A DNA stretch of 10,312 nt from Promethearchaeota archaeon (GCA_016839765.1 JAEOTP010000066.1:1-10312), one strand, 5' to 3'; positions 1 through 8,443 are shown, counted from the stretch's first letter. Notes: a model not told the origin generated them from the letters alone. Numbers and translations are program-made.

Positions 1-727
1 AATACTGAATCATATAAGCAAGTGGTAATCCAAACGGAAATTGTTCTACGGGAACAACTAGGCGAAGTAAAAAAGAGAGAAATCCTAATCCAAAAGCTAA
101 GAGGAGTAAATAAATATATTTTGGGATTCGTAGTTCCTTCGGAATGTGTTGTTGTATCGAACTTATTTTTGTTATCTGACGCCAAATAGTATAAACAGCA
201 GAGAAAATTAATAGAACAACGAGAAACCAACTAATGGAAAAGTCTGTTAAAAATCCAACGAAATTATCTAGGGATTGAAAATTACTTAAATAATAGTCTA
301 TAAAAGAACCTTGGAATCTTGGGTAAGAACTGTATGGTAGAATTCCTCCAACAGCTAGGAGATAAGCAATAATAGGATTAAATACTAAAACATATAAAAG
401 GATGGGAATACCGAGACGAAGTAATCGTTCTTTCCAGAATCCCGGTACTCCTTTTCGATCATAACTCTTGGGAGTAAAATAAGCACTCATCAAAAAGAAT
501 AACCCCATGGTAGAGGCCAGAAAAAGCCCTCCAATTCCGGTTATCATATAAAGGATTGTAATTGTGATAACATCCGTAGGATTAGCTTCATTTAGCGTGG
601 CGATATAATACCACGATCCTTCCCCTCCGTAGGAGACCCTAACATGTGTGAAAATCACGAGAATAGTGAATAAGACCTTAATATTATCAAGGAAGATGAG
701 CCGTGGTCTCTTAGATTCTGTATTTAT
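1..727 (-). CDS. Acyltransferase family 3 (OpgC/MdoC/OafA-like) integral membrane protein, 3'-truncated by the window edge
   Basis: Manual translation gives a stop-free frame from 736 to the window edge: (I)NTESKRPRLIFLDNIKVLFTILVIFTHVRVSYGGEGSWYY...MGLFFLMSAYFTPKSYDRKGVPGFWKERLLRLGIP...SWFLVVLLIF. The RxxFLDNxK, MGLFFxxSxYF, KERxxRLGIP and WFL motifs are typical of Acyl_transf_3. An in-frame TGA lies at 739-737, so the start is ATA (727) or ATT (733/736). Confidence 0.88.
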   Translation of the reverse strand, partial: MNTESKRPRLIFLDNIKVLFTILVIFTHVRVSYGGEGSWYYIATLNEANPTDVITITILYMITGIGGLFLASTMGLFFLMSAYFTPKSYDRKGVPGFWKERLLRLGIPILLYVLVFNPIIAYLLAVGGILPYSSYPRFQGSFIDYYLSNFQSLDNFVGFLTDFSISWFLVVLLIFSAVYTIWRQITKISSIQQHIPKELRIPKYIYLLLLAFGLGFLSFLLRLVVPVEQFPFGLPLAYMIQY

Positions 728-736
728 AAGAATAAT

Positions 737-777
737 TCACCTTTGAATATTTTTATTTCGTCATTTTGTTATATAAA
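737..777 (-). promoter_or_regulatory. TATA box (TTTATATAA, 777-769) and Shine-Dalgarno AGGTGA (742-737) of the acyltransferase gene
   Basis: Both motifs are read directly on the minus strand, with an A-rich BRE-like stretch upstream of the TATA box. The spacing places the transcription start at about 745-750, just upstream of the SD. Confidence 0.6.
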
Positions 778-893
778 TGTTTTATTTTTGTAGATTTAAA
801 ACTCTTAAATTTTCTATGATGTTTAATAAATTTGCTATCTCGCCTTTTCAAATGAATTTTCATTGAAATCAGACTCTGAATTTACCTTTCCAT

Positions 894-3200
894 TTAAGAA
901 GTAGTAAAGATTTTTTGTAAAAGATATAGGGCTCCTTCTTTTGATAAATTTTGATTCCGATTACCACATTTTGGCGAATAGATACATCCATCGCATCCTT
1001 GCTCACATTCACATGAGTTTATTAAGTTATTAGTCATATACATTAATTCTCCCAATCTTGAAAACAGCATTTCTGAAATCCCTATACCGCCTTTGTAAGC
1101 ATCATATATATAGATTATTGGTTTTTGTCTGATAGAGTCAAAATTTATAGAAACACCCCCTAAATCCCATCTTGATATTTGAGCTAAAACTGGAGCCACT
1201 GCAATCATTGCGTGTTCTATAGCATGTATAGAAGAGCCTACATCAAATCCTTCTAATTCTAATTCTTTTTGAAAATCAAATGGTATTGTAAACCAAAATG
1301 CTTGAGTTTCAAACTCAATAATAGGAATATCCTCTAAAGGATGGCGAGAAACAATTTCTTGTGTTAAAGTGTCTATAATTTTGTATGCATAGTATTCATG
1401 CTCAACCTTAACATTTCCAAAAAAAGACATTATTTGGTTATTTTCTTTAAGTGGAGTTTGTGATATAATTTCTAAAGGAGTAATTTCTGTATGTTTTAAA
1501 GACTGCGTATAATATTCTAGTTCAGCTCTTTTAAGATATACTATTTTTTCCTCTAAATCCAGCTCTTCAACAATATAGGTTTCTGCTTCATAAAGGTAGA
1601 CGGCACCAGGGTGTAAATCTCTAAATACATAGCTCTCATCTTCCACGATCAAGAGTTCTTCTCCTCCATGAATTCTTAATATAATTTTATAACTTTTAGA
1701 TGATAAATCATTTAATCCAAAACGTTCATTTGGGAAAAAACCGCCCCTCCAGTAGTACTTATCTCCCCTTTTCATTAGAAGTGATTCTGATACAAGTTCT
1801 TCTATACATTCCTTAAAAAAATCTTGATTTTCAACGCCAAATAGATTGTGATCCTCCAATTTTACGGGAATCTCTTTAGAGGCACAGCACAAATGGTTTT
1901 TGAGGATATATTTATTTTTTAATGTAATCAAAATATCTTCTTGAATATTCCCAAATAGTTTATTGGGATTATGAATATAAAATAAATCAAGTGGGTTCTG
2001 CATAGGAACGAAGGTAGAAATTGAGAGCTCTGAACCTCTTCCTGAGCGACCTATCTGCTGTTTAAAACTGGAAATTGTACCTGGAAAACCAGAACTAATG
2101 GTTGCTTCTAAAGAGCCAATATCTATACCTAATTCTAGAGCATTAGTTGAGCTAATGCCTATGATATCCTTGCTTTTAAAATTTTGTTCAATTTCTCTTC
2201 TTTTTTTTTTACTTATTCCAGCTCTATAACTAAATATCTTATTTTTTAAATAAGGAAGGGCTTTTCTTGTCCAAATAGCCTGTAATTCTGCCATTTTTCT
2301 TGAAAGCGTAAAAGCTAAGGTTTGAACACCAGTTTTATAAGTTAGATGGGAAATAAATAAGTTTTTAGTTTCTTGGTGAGGTGATCGGTATTTATTAGAG
2401 ATGTCATCATATGGTAAGTCCCACAGTATAACTTTTTTAGGACCAGAAGGAGAATCATCTTTATCAACAATTACAAATTCTTCTCCGATTAATTTTTCAC
2501 AAAATTCTTTTGCATTATGAATTGTGGCACTGCATAATATCCAGATTGGTTTTACATTATAGGTTTCAAGAATTCTTTTTAACCGCCTTATTAATAGAGC
2601 AAAATTAGAACCAAAAATCCCTCTATAAATGTGGATCTCATCTAAAACTATATATTTTAAATTTATGCATATTCTTCTCCAGTTTTGTTTAAACCATGGT
2701 AAGTAAAAATGAAGCCCATAAGGATTTGTAATTATGACGTTTGTATTAGCTAATACTTTTCTTTTCTCATTGGGTTGAACATCTCCATCATAAACGCCAA
2801 CTCTATATCCTTTAATGTTAGTTTCTTCTAAGATTTTTTTCAAGACTTCATATTGATCCCTTGCTAATGCCTTGGTCGGAAAAACATAAATTGCTGTCGC
2901 TTTTTCATTATTTAATATCGAATTAAGAACAGACACGTTATAACATAATGATTTTCCTGATGCTGTCGAAGTAACTATAGCTGTATTTCTTCCTTCTCGA
3001 ATATAATTTATAGCTTCTGCTTGATGGCGCCACAATTTTACATTATTTGTATCTAACCAACGCCCTAATCTTCTTTTTAATGGTTTATTTAAATTATCAT
3101 AACGAGCTTTTAGCTCAGGAATGTGCTCAATATGATAAATTTGATCACTGTAATAATCTTTAGACTTAATATAATTAATAAAATCATCAAAGTCAAACAT
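894..3200 (-). CDS. DEAD/DEAH-box SF2 helicase with C-terminal DUF1998 Zn-binding domain (Hrq1/MrfA(YprA)/SftH family)
   Basis: Q motif LWRHQ, Walker A TSTASGKS, PTKALARDQ, DEIH, SAT, TNALELGIDIG, QQIGRSGR, and C-terminal IYIYDAYKGGIG...CECEQGCDGCIYSPKCGN. ATG at 3200 is preferred over the track's TTG at 3218; the start is uncertain. Confidence 0.93.
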   Translation of the reverse strand: MFDFDDFINYIKSKDYYSDQIYHIEHIPELKARYDNLNKPLKRRLGRWLDTNNVKLWRHQAEAINYIREGRNTAIVTSTASGKSLCYNVSVLNSILNNEKATAIYVFPTKALARDQYEVLKKILEETNIKGYRVGVYDGDVQPNEKRKVLANTNVIITNPYGLHFYLPWFKQNWRRICINLKYIVLDEIHIYRGIFGSNFALLIRRLKRILETYNVKPIWILCSATIHNAKEFCEKLIGEEFVIVDKDDSPSGPKKVILWDLPYDDISNKYRSPHQETKNLFISHLTYKTGVQTLAFTLSRKMAELQAIWTRKALPYLKNKIFSYRAGISKKKRREIEQNFKSKDIIGISSTNALELGIDIGSLEATISSGFPGTISSFKQQIGRSGRGSELSISTFVPMQNPLDLFYIHNPNKLFGNIQEDILITLKNKYILKNHLCCASKEIPVKLEDHNLFGVENQDFFKECIEELVSESLLMKRGDKYYWRGGFFPNERFGLNDLSSKSYKIILRIHGGEELLIVEDESYVFRDLHPGAVYLYEAETYIVEELDLEEKIVYLKRAELEYYTQSLKHTEITPLEIISQTPLKENNQIMSFFGNVKVEHEYYAYKIIDTLTQEIVSRHPLEDIPIIEFETQAFWFTIPFDFQKELELEGFDVGSSIHAIEHAMIAVAPVLAQISRWDLGGVSINFDSIRQKPIIYIYDAYKGGIGISEMLFSRLGELMYMTNNLINSCECEQGCDGCIYSPKCGNRNQNLSKEGALYLLQKIFTTS

Positions 3201-3369
3201 AAATAGAATCAATTTCAATAATGAATGGTATTAATTAAAAATTTCAAAGTGAGTTGATTTATTCATTTTCAAAGAAACATCAAATTTGGATCTACTAAAA
3301 TATAAATAGTTAAACCCTTTAATGAGATCAAACGAATTTTAAAAAAAAATATAATTTCAATCTTGAATT

Positions 3370-4377
3370 ATGTCTAATTCTGGATGGCATAAAGTAGAAT
3401 TCCAAGATTTTATCAACAAATTCAATAAAAACATTGCAATTGATACGTCACCTACCATACTATATTCTAAAAAAGATAAAGAACATGAAGCTTACAATGC
3501 GTTAATCGCATTTTTCTTTATTTCTGGATTTTTACTCATCTATATTGCAGTATCTATGATTTTAATAGAACTTTATTTTAGTTTAATATTATTCGTGGTA
3601 GTTATAATTGTTGGAGCATTAACTGATGGAATACTATTATTGATGTATATACGTTCAAATATAGCAATCAGACCACTTGAAAGTTGGATTGAAATATATG
3701 AAAGCTTAACAGAAGGAAATGAAACTTACTACTGTTTTTCCTATTATATAGTTTTTTCAGGAAAATGTATTCCAAATAAAGCAAGAAATGTAGTATATAA
3801 ATTATATCAAGAGAATTTACTGAAGAGTAAGATTGATATTACTCAAATTGAAATTTATTTAAAAAGAAGTAGAGAAGAAACTAATAAATTGGATGTTTTA
3901 GGGTATTTTTTTCAATATGGAGAGGGGAAGCCATTCAAAAGCGAGGATATCGATAGAAATTTATGGAAATTCTTTCCTTATGAAACCAGTTTTAATGAAA
4001 ATTATTTAGCTATCGCTAATTGGGATCATCAATATGAATGGCGAAATGATCTAGAACTTGATTTTGATAAGCTACATGATTATGCTCCTTGGGTAATAAC
4101 CACTTGGAATGAAGAAAAGTTAAAACCTTTAACTGACACTTATAAGCGATCATTGAATTGGGATTTAAGACAGCTTGAATCAGATCCTAAATTAAAGCCT
4201 TGGCTAGGTAATCTAGAAACTCAAACCTATGAAAGCTTTCGAGCATATAAGGATCTTCAACTGATGAATGAGGCAATTGAAAAGGTTATTGGAAATGATA
4301 AAGAATTAAATAAATTAAAGGATTTAAAAGGATATTTATTAAAAATAAAAGCTTATTTTAGGGATTTAAATTATTGA
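3370..4377 (+). CDS. Hypothetical membrane protein: two N-terminal TM helices followed by an aromatic-rich soluble domain
   Basis: 335-aa ORF with a hydrophobic stretch at about aa 44-94 (ALIAFFFISGFLLIYIAVSMILI / LYFSLILFVVVIIVGALTDGILLLMYI). No family recognised with confidence. Confidence 0.8.
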   Translation: MSNSGWHKVEFQDFINKFNKNIAIDTSPTILYSKKDKEHEAYNALIAFFFISGFLLIYIAVSMILIELYFSLILFVVVIIVGALTDGILLLMYIRSNIAIRPLESWIEIYESLTEGNETYYCFSYYIVFSGKCIPNKARNVVYKLYQENLLKSKIDITQIEIYLKRSREETNKLDVLGYFFQYGEGKPFKSEDIDRNLWKFFPYETSFNENYLAIANWDHQYEWRNDLELDFDKLHDYAPWVITTWNEEKLKPLTDTYKRSLNWDLRQLESDPKLKPWLGNLETQTYESFRAYKDLQLMNEAIEKVIGNDKELNKLKDLKGYLLKIKAYFRDLNY

Positions 4378-5917
4378 ACATTGGCTTATTGCGTTTATAA
4401 ATTTTAAGAAATTCAGCAAACAACTTGTTGTAAACTTTTCTATTATCAATATTGGGTTGATATGTTCTTTCAATTTTAATAAGAGAGGTAGCTTCTGAAA
4501 AGTTATCAAAGAAACCTAAACCAATGAGAGCGATTATCGCAGAACCTCTTATAGCCGATAAATTAGGATATTCTACTTGTTTAACTTCTCTTTCGGTAAT
4601 ATCAGCTAAAATTTGACACCATATATTTGATTTCGCACCACCTCCTATGAAATTTAGGCTTTTATTAACTCCAATTAATTTTTCTACTACAGTTAAGGCC
4701 CATTTTATATTAAATGCTACCCCTTCATACACTGCCCTTAAAATGTCTGCTCTGTTATGATCCAAACTCAAATTATAGAATCCAGCTCTAACATTTGAAT
4801 CATTTAAGGGACTTCTTTCCCCAAACATCCAAGGTGTAAACAGAAGATTTTTTGAACCTGCATTCGCCGTTTCAACCATCTCATCCAGGTGATTATATAG
4901 TTTATTTAGATTTTCTTTGTACATTTCTTTCTCTTTTTGAAACATCTGTTCAATTATCCAATTAAGACAAGCAGCACCTGTCTCTTGCTTTGATATGCAT
5001 AAATATTTATCTTGCACAGAGCTTATTGAACCAGTATAATTTAAGAGGTCTTTTAATCGCTTATCTGTATGGGAGGCCACCCAGTCAGCAGTTCCGAGGT
5101 TTACTATAATCTGGCCGTCTTGAGCCCCTGAACCGATTGCAGAAGCCACCAGATCACCTGAACCGACAATAACGGGAATTTTTGATTCCAATCCTAATTC
5201 TTGAGCTGATTTTTCTGTTAACTCTCCTGCAATTTCAATAGATTTATGTAGTTCAGGCAATTTTTGCTTATTGATTTTGAATTTTTTTAATATCTTATCT
5301 GCCCAACAAAAATTTCCTGGATTCGAATCCATAAGCCATGATGTATGCCCCAAATCTCTTGAGGTGATTGCATTTCCTGTACTCTTAAATATTACATAAT
5401 CTTTAACACTAAGAAATTTATATGTATGTTTGTATATTTCTGGCTCATTCTCTTTTATCCATAAAATATGAGAAATAGGATCTTTTCCATTAGTTCCAGG
5501 AGCGCCTCCTGTAATTTTAATAAATTTCAATAATTTTCTTAAACCAAATCCAGAAATTTTGATTAAACCCTTCACTTTTCTCTTTATTAAATCGGCAGCC
5601 CTTACATCAAGCCAATTGATACATTTCATTAATGGATTCCCTGCATTGTCAATAGGTACTGTACAATTCATCTGACAATCAAAAACTAGTGCTTTAATGT
5701 TTTTTGGATTTATTTTATTTTCCTGAATCAAAATTGAATTCACTTTTTTAACTGAATTCCAGTAATCTTCAGCTTCTTGTTCAACATAGCCTTTTTTTGG
5801 ATAATATAAGGGATATTCAACCTTTGTATGGTTTATAATATTTAGTTTTACGTCTAATAATGCAGCTTCATTTCCAGTTGTACCTAAATCATAAGCTAAA
5901 ATATATTTTTCATTCAT
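4358..5917 (-). CDS. FGGY-family carbohydrate kinase (xylulokinase-like)
   Basis: Motifs YDLGTTG, GYVEQ, WLDVRA, KFLSVKDY, GSGD, NLGTADW, LLFTPWMFGERSP, RAVYEGVAF and IGGGAKSNIWCQILAD. The substrate cannot be determined from sequence. Confidence 0.93.
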   Translation of the reverse strand: MNEKYILAYDLGTTGNEAALLDVKLNIINHTKVEYPLYYPKKGYVEQEAEDYWNSVKKVNSILIQENKINPKNIKALVFDCQMNCTVPIDNAGNPLMKCINWLDVRAADLIKRKVKGLIKISGFGLRKLLKFIKITGGAPGTNGKDPISHILWIKENEPEIYKHTYKFLSVKDYVIFKSTGNAITSRDLGHTSWLMDSNPGNFCWADKILKKFKINKQKLPELHKSIEIAGELTEKSAQELGLESKIPVIVGSGDLVASAIGSGAQDGQIIVNLGTADWVASHTDKRLKDLLNYTGSISSVQDKYLCISKQETGAACLNWIIEQMFQKEKEMYKENLNKLYNHLDEMVETANAGSKNLLFTPWMFGERSPLNDSNVRAGFYNLSLDHNRADILRAVYEGVAFNIKWALTVVEKLIGVNKSLNFIGGGAKSNIWCQILADITEREVKQVEYPNLSAIRGSAIIALIGLGFFDNFSEATSLIKIERTYQPNIDNRKVYNKLFAEFLKIYKRNKPMFNNLNP

Positions 5918-5958
5918 GAGAATATACCTTTTTTTTTATTAATCTATAATTACTTTCT

Positions 5959-5976
5959 GAAATTATTTATAATTTC
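5959..5976. promoter_or_regulatory. Perfect inverted repeat GAAATTAT-TT-ATAATTTC overlapping a TATA-like box of the kinase gene
   Basis: 8-bp arms with a 2-bp spacer. The minus strand reads TTATAAAT within it, about 50 bp upstream of ATG 5917. Confidence 0.4.
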
Positions 5977-6136
5977 TTCTATAACAGAAATAAAATCTAT
6001 ATAGAATTAGAGCTTTTTTAATTGAATTTAGAAAAATTGATAAAGATTATTGATCATATAAATACTATAAAATTATAAAACTCTATGAGAATATATCGCA
6101 AGTAATTAATTGTAGAAAATCGAGAGGAAATCTAAA

Positions 6137-7519
6137 ATGGAGTCGTTAGAAACTATAAATAAGTTAGAAATCGAGACTAATAAGATTTTTTATAACAAAA
6201 AATCAGAATTATTATCGATATACATTTTTGATTTTGTTTTTATCGGAAATTATAAAAAATCTACTAAAGTAAGTAAAATATTGGATGATCTACATAATTC
6301 TTTCGGAGAAATTCCCTTAACTCGTGAAAATATATTTATTGTAGATTTTGTTACGTACATGCCAATTAACGAAAATATGAAATTGAAGAAATTAAATTTA
6401 TTAGCGAAAAAAGAAAAGGAAAAGAAGAAGGAGGAACCTAAAAAAGATAAACCAGCATTATATCCAGAGGAACAAGAAGGTAAAAAAAGAAAGAAAGCTC
6501 CAGCGGTTAAGAAAGAGGCAAAACGAGATGTGGAAAAGTTTAAGGAAAAGGATGTTGACTTAAAAAGAGAGGATTTTGGATATGTAGAAGCAGAAGAGGA
6601 AGCTATATTAGATGATTTTGATGAAGCCGAAGATTATGAAGAAGTAAGAGCAGTAGAATCCAAACCTGTCCCATCTATTGCGCCTCTTCCTCCAGGTAGT
6701 CCACCACCAGCCCCAAAAGCCGGTCGTGTTGCTTCTCCTGATGCTGGTCCTCCCGCTGAGTTTATAAGACGATTAGAAGAAGCTCCAGCAGATGTAATTT
6801 CAGAACCTCCTAAGCCTACTGTATACGAAATTAATATGGGCCTTCAATATTATTCTGTAATGATGGAACAATCAAGTTATTTATTCTATGTTTATTTTTC
6901 TCATAAAGAATTGAAGATTGTTGATGAAGAGGGCAAGACAGTATTTGAAACAACCATTAGGATTGAAACAATCAAAAAAGAACCTCCGATATTAGATTTA
7001 AGAGTAGAAGGTGAAGGTTTTGAGGTTCATCCATTATATGGTAAGGTCGAAGTAAAAAAGGATGCTGTAAATCCTCCAGTAATGATCTTTTCAATACTCC
7101 CAATTAAAAAGAAAAAGAAGACCAAAAAGGAGAAAAAAGAGGGAGAGCGAAGATATTTACATATCCATATTAATTATGAAGAGAAAATCATCAATCATAC
7201 TATTCTATCAATAATTGTGCAACCCAAACATTTTCGTTTAGATCTTGGACCTATTCATCTGAATATAAGTAAAAAAACAGCGATGATAATTTCATTTCTT
7301 TCTGTAATAGTCGCAGTTGCATCATTAGTTTTTACAATCTTTTCTATAGATACTAGTTCATCATTTGTTGATTTTGTTAGTAATTTTGCTCCAGGATTAG
7401 GATCAATTCTCTTTGTTACGATCTTTCTAATTACTTTGTTTAAAGAGGGAATCTATCCCCTAAAAGAGAAAATAAGCTATTTCTTAAATTTCGATAAAAC
7501 AGGCATATTAATTAAGTGA
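6137..7519 (+). CDS. Hypothetical protein with Lys/Glu-rich and Pro-rich low-complexity linker, beta-rich domain and two C-terminal TM helices
   Basis: 460-aa ORF preceded by a GAGAGG RBS-like motif. Segments include KKEKEKKKEEPKK, EEEAILDDFDEAEDYEE, PLPPGSPPPAP and KKKKKTKKEKKE, then hydrophobic AMIISFLSVIVAVASLVFTIFSI and FAPGLGSILFVTIFLITLF. Confidence 0.82.
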   Translation: MESLETINKLEIETNKIFYNKKSELLSIYIFDFVFIGNYKKSTKVSKILDDLHNSFGEIPLTRENIFIVDFVTYMPINENMKLKKLNLLAKKEKEKKKEEPKKDKPALYPEEQEGKKRKKAPAVKKEAKRDVEKFKEKDVDLKREDFGYVEAEEEAILDDFDEAEDYEEVRAVESKPVPSIAPLPPGSPPPAPKAGRVASPDAGPPAEFIRRLEEAPADVISEPPKPTVYEINMGLQYYSVMMEQSSYLFYVYFSHKELKIVDEEGKTVFETTIRIETIKKEPPILDLRVEGEGFEVHPLYGKVEVKKDAVNPPVMIFSILPIKKKKKTKKEKKEGERRYLHIHINYEEKIINHTILSIIVQPKHFRLDLGPIHLNISKKTAMIISFLSVIVAVASLVFTIFSIDTSSSFVDFVSNFAPGLGSILFVTIFLITLFKEGIYPLKEKISYFLNFDKTGILIK

Positions 7520-7531
7520 AGATTTAAACCT

Positions 7532-8443
7532 TCAATTCTTTTTTTTAATTTTTTCATTTATATAATTCCAGAATTTCTTCTTAAATTCACTTAGTTCTTT
7601 TGCTTCTTTTAATTTAATAAAGTACAAGTGTCGTTTCGCTATAATTGGATGATTTTTAATTTTTAGGATTTTAATCAGTCCAGCTTTTTCGGCCTTATTT
7701 GCCATCATTTCGCTCATTATACTGATATAATTAGATTCACTAACAGCTGTTATGATGGAATCGTTATCATTCATTTCAAGTTTTATATTTAATTTCTCAT
7801 AATCAGGGAACTGACGTTTAAAAGTGTCTCTCATTCCAGAACCATGTTCTCTCCATAAAAATGGATACTTAGTGAGCTCATCAAGAGTTATTACATTATT
7901 GCCATCTTTTAATAGGTCATGATCGGGAGAACATATAAAACTTAATTTATCTGTCCCTATATGGATATAATCAAACTCATCTTTATCATAATTAATAAAA
8001 CTACCGATTCCACTAAAATCTGCTAAACCTTTTTTTAAATTTTCGATGGAATTTTGAGAGTTGTTAATGAGAATTTTAAAATCAACATTAGGATTCTCAT
8101 TTCGAAAATCGGTAATAAATTTGGGCAAAACATGAGAGCCTGGAATGGAAGAAGCTGAAATTACTATTTCTTCAAATTTTTGTTCACTAAATTTAGAGAG
8201 TTCCTGCTCGCATGAATCATACAAATTAATAATCTTTTTAGCATAACCTAACAATATGATTCCTGCTTCAGGTATCTCAAACTTTTTTGTAGTTCTTTCA
8301 ATAAGAAGTACTCCAAAATCTTTTTCTAGTTGAGAAATTTGATGCGATAAAGTACTTTGAGAAATTGGAATATCTTTTGCTAATTCTGAGAAACTCTTAT
8401 ACTGGGTTAATTTGATAAAGTTCCTGAGGTATTCTATATTCAT
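7532..8443 (-). CDS. LysR-type transcriptional regulator, CysL/YeiE/HrsM-like substrate-binding domain
   Basis: N-terminal HTH (MNIEYLRNF...SFSELAKDIPISQSTLSHQISQLEKDFGVLLIERTTK), ISASSIPGSHVLP, and WREHGSGMR (RExGSGxR signature). ATG 8443 matches the canonical LysR N-terminus, so the 14-aa extension from 8485 is probably not real. Confidence 0.92.
   Translation of the reverse strand: MNIEYLRNFIKLTQYKSFSELAKDIPISQSTLSHQISQLEKDFGVLLIERTTKKFEIPEAGIILLGYAKKIINLYDSCEQELSKFSEQKFEEIVISASSIPGSHVLPKFITDFRNENPNVDFKILINNSQNSIENLKKGLADFSGIGSFINYDKDEFDYIHIGTDKLSFICSPDHDLLKDGNNVITLDELTKYPFLWREHGSGMRDTFKRQFPDYEKLNIKLEMNDNDSIITAVSESNYISIMSEMMANKAEKAGLIKILKIKNHPIIAKRHLYFIKLKEAKELSEFKKKFWNYINEKIKKKN

Noticed and set aside
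737-739. In-frame TGA upstream of the acyltransferase as a Sec or readthrough codon
   Set aside because: It is part of the AGGTGA RBS, and the upstream sequence is promoter-like AT-rich DNA rather than coding.
894-3218. DUF1998 helicase as part of a DISARM/Dpd/Druantia-type defence system
   Set aside because: No methylase, phospholipase D nuclease, second helicase or other defence genes nearby; the architecture fits a housekeeping Hrq1/MrfA.
5916-6095. 11-bp direct repeat ATGAGAATATA at 5916-5926 and 6085-6095
   Set aside because: Only two copies in very AT-rich DNA, with no transposase, terminal inverted repeats or array structure.
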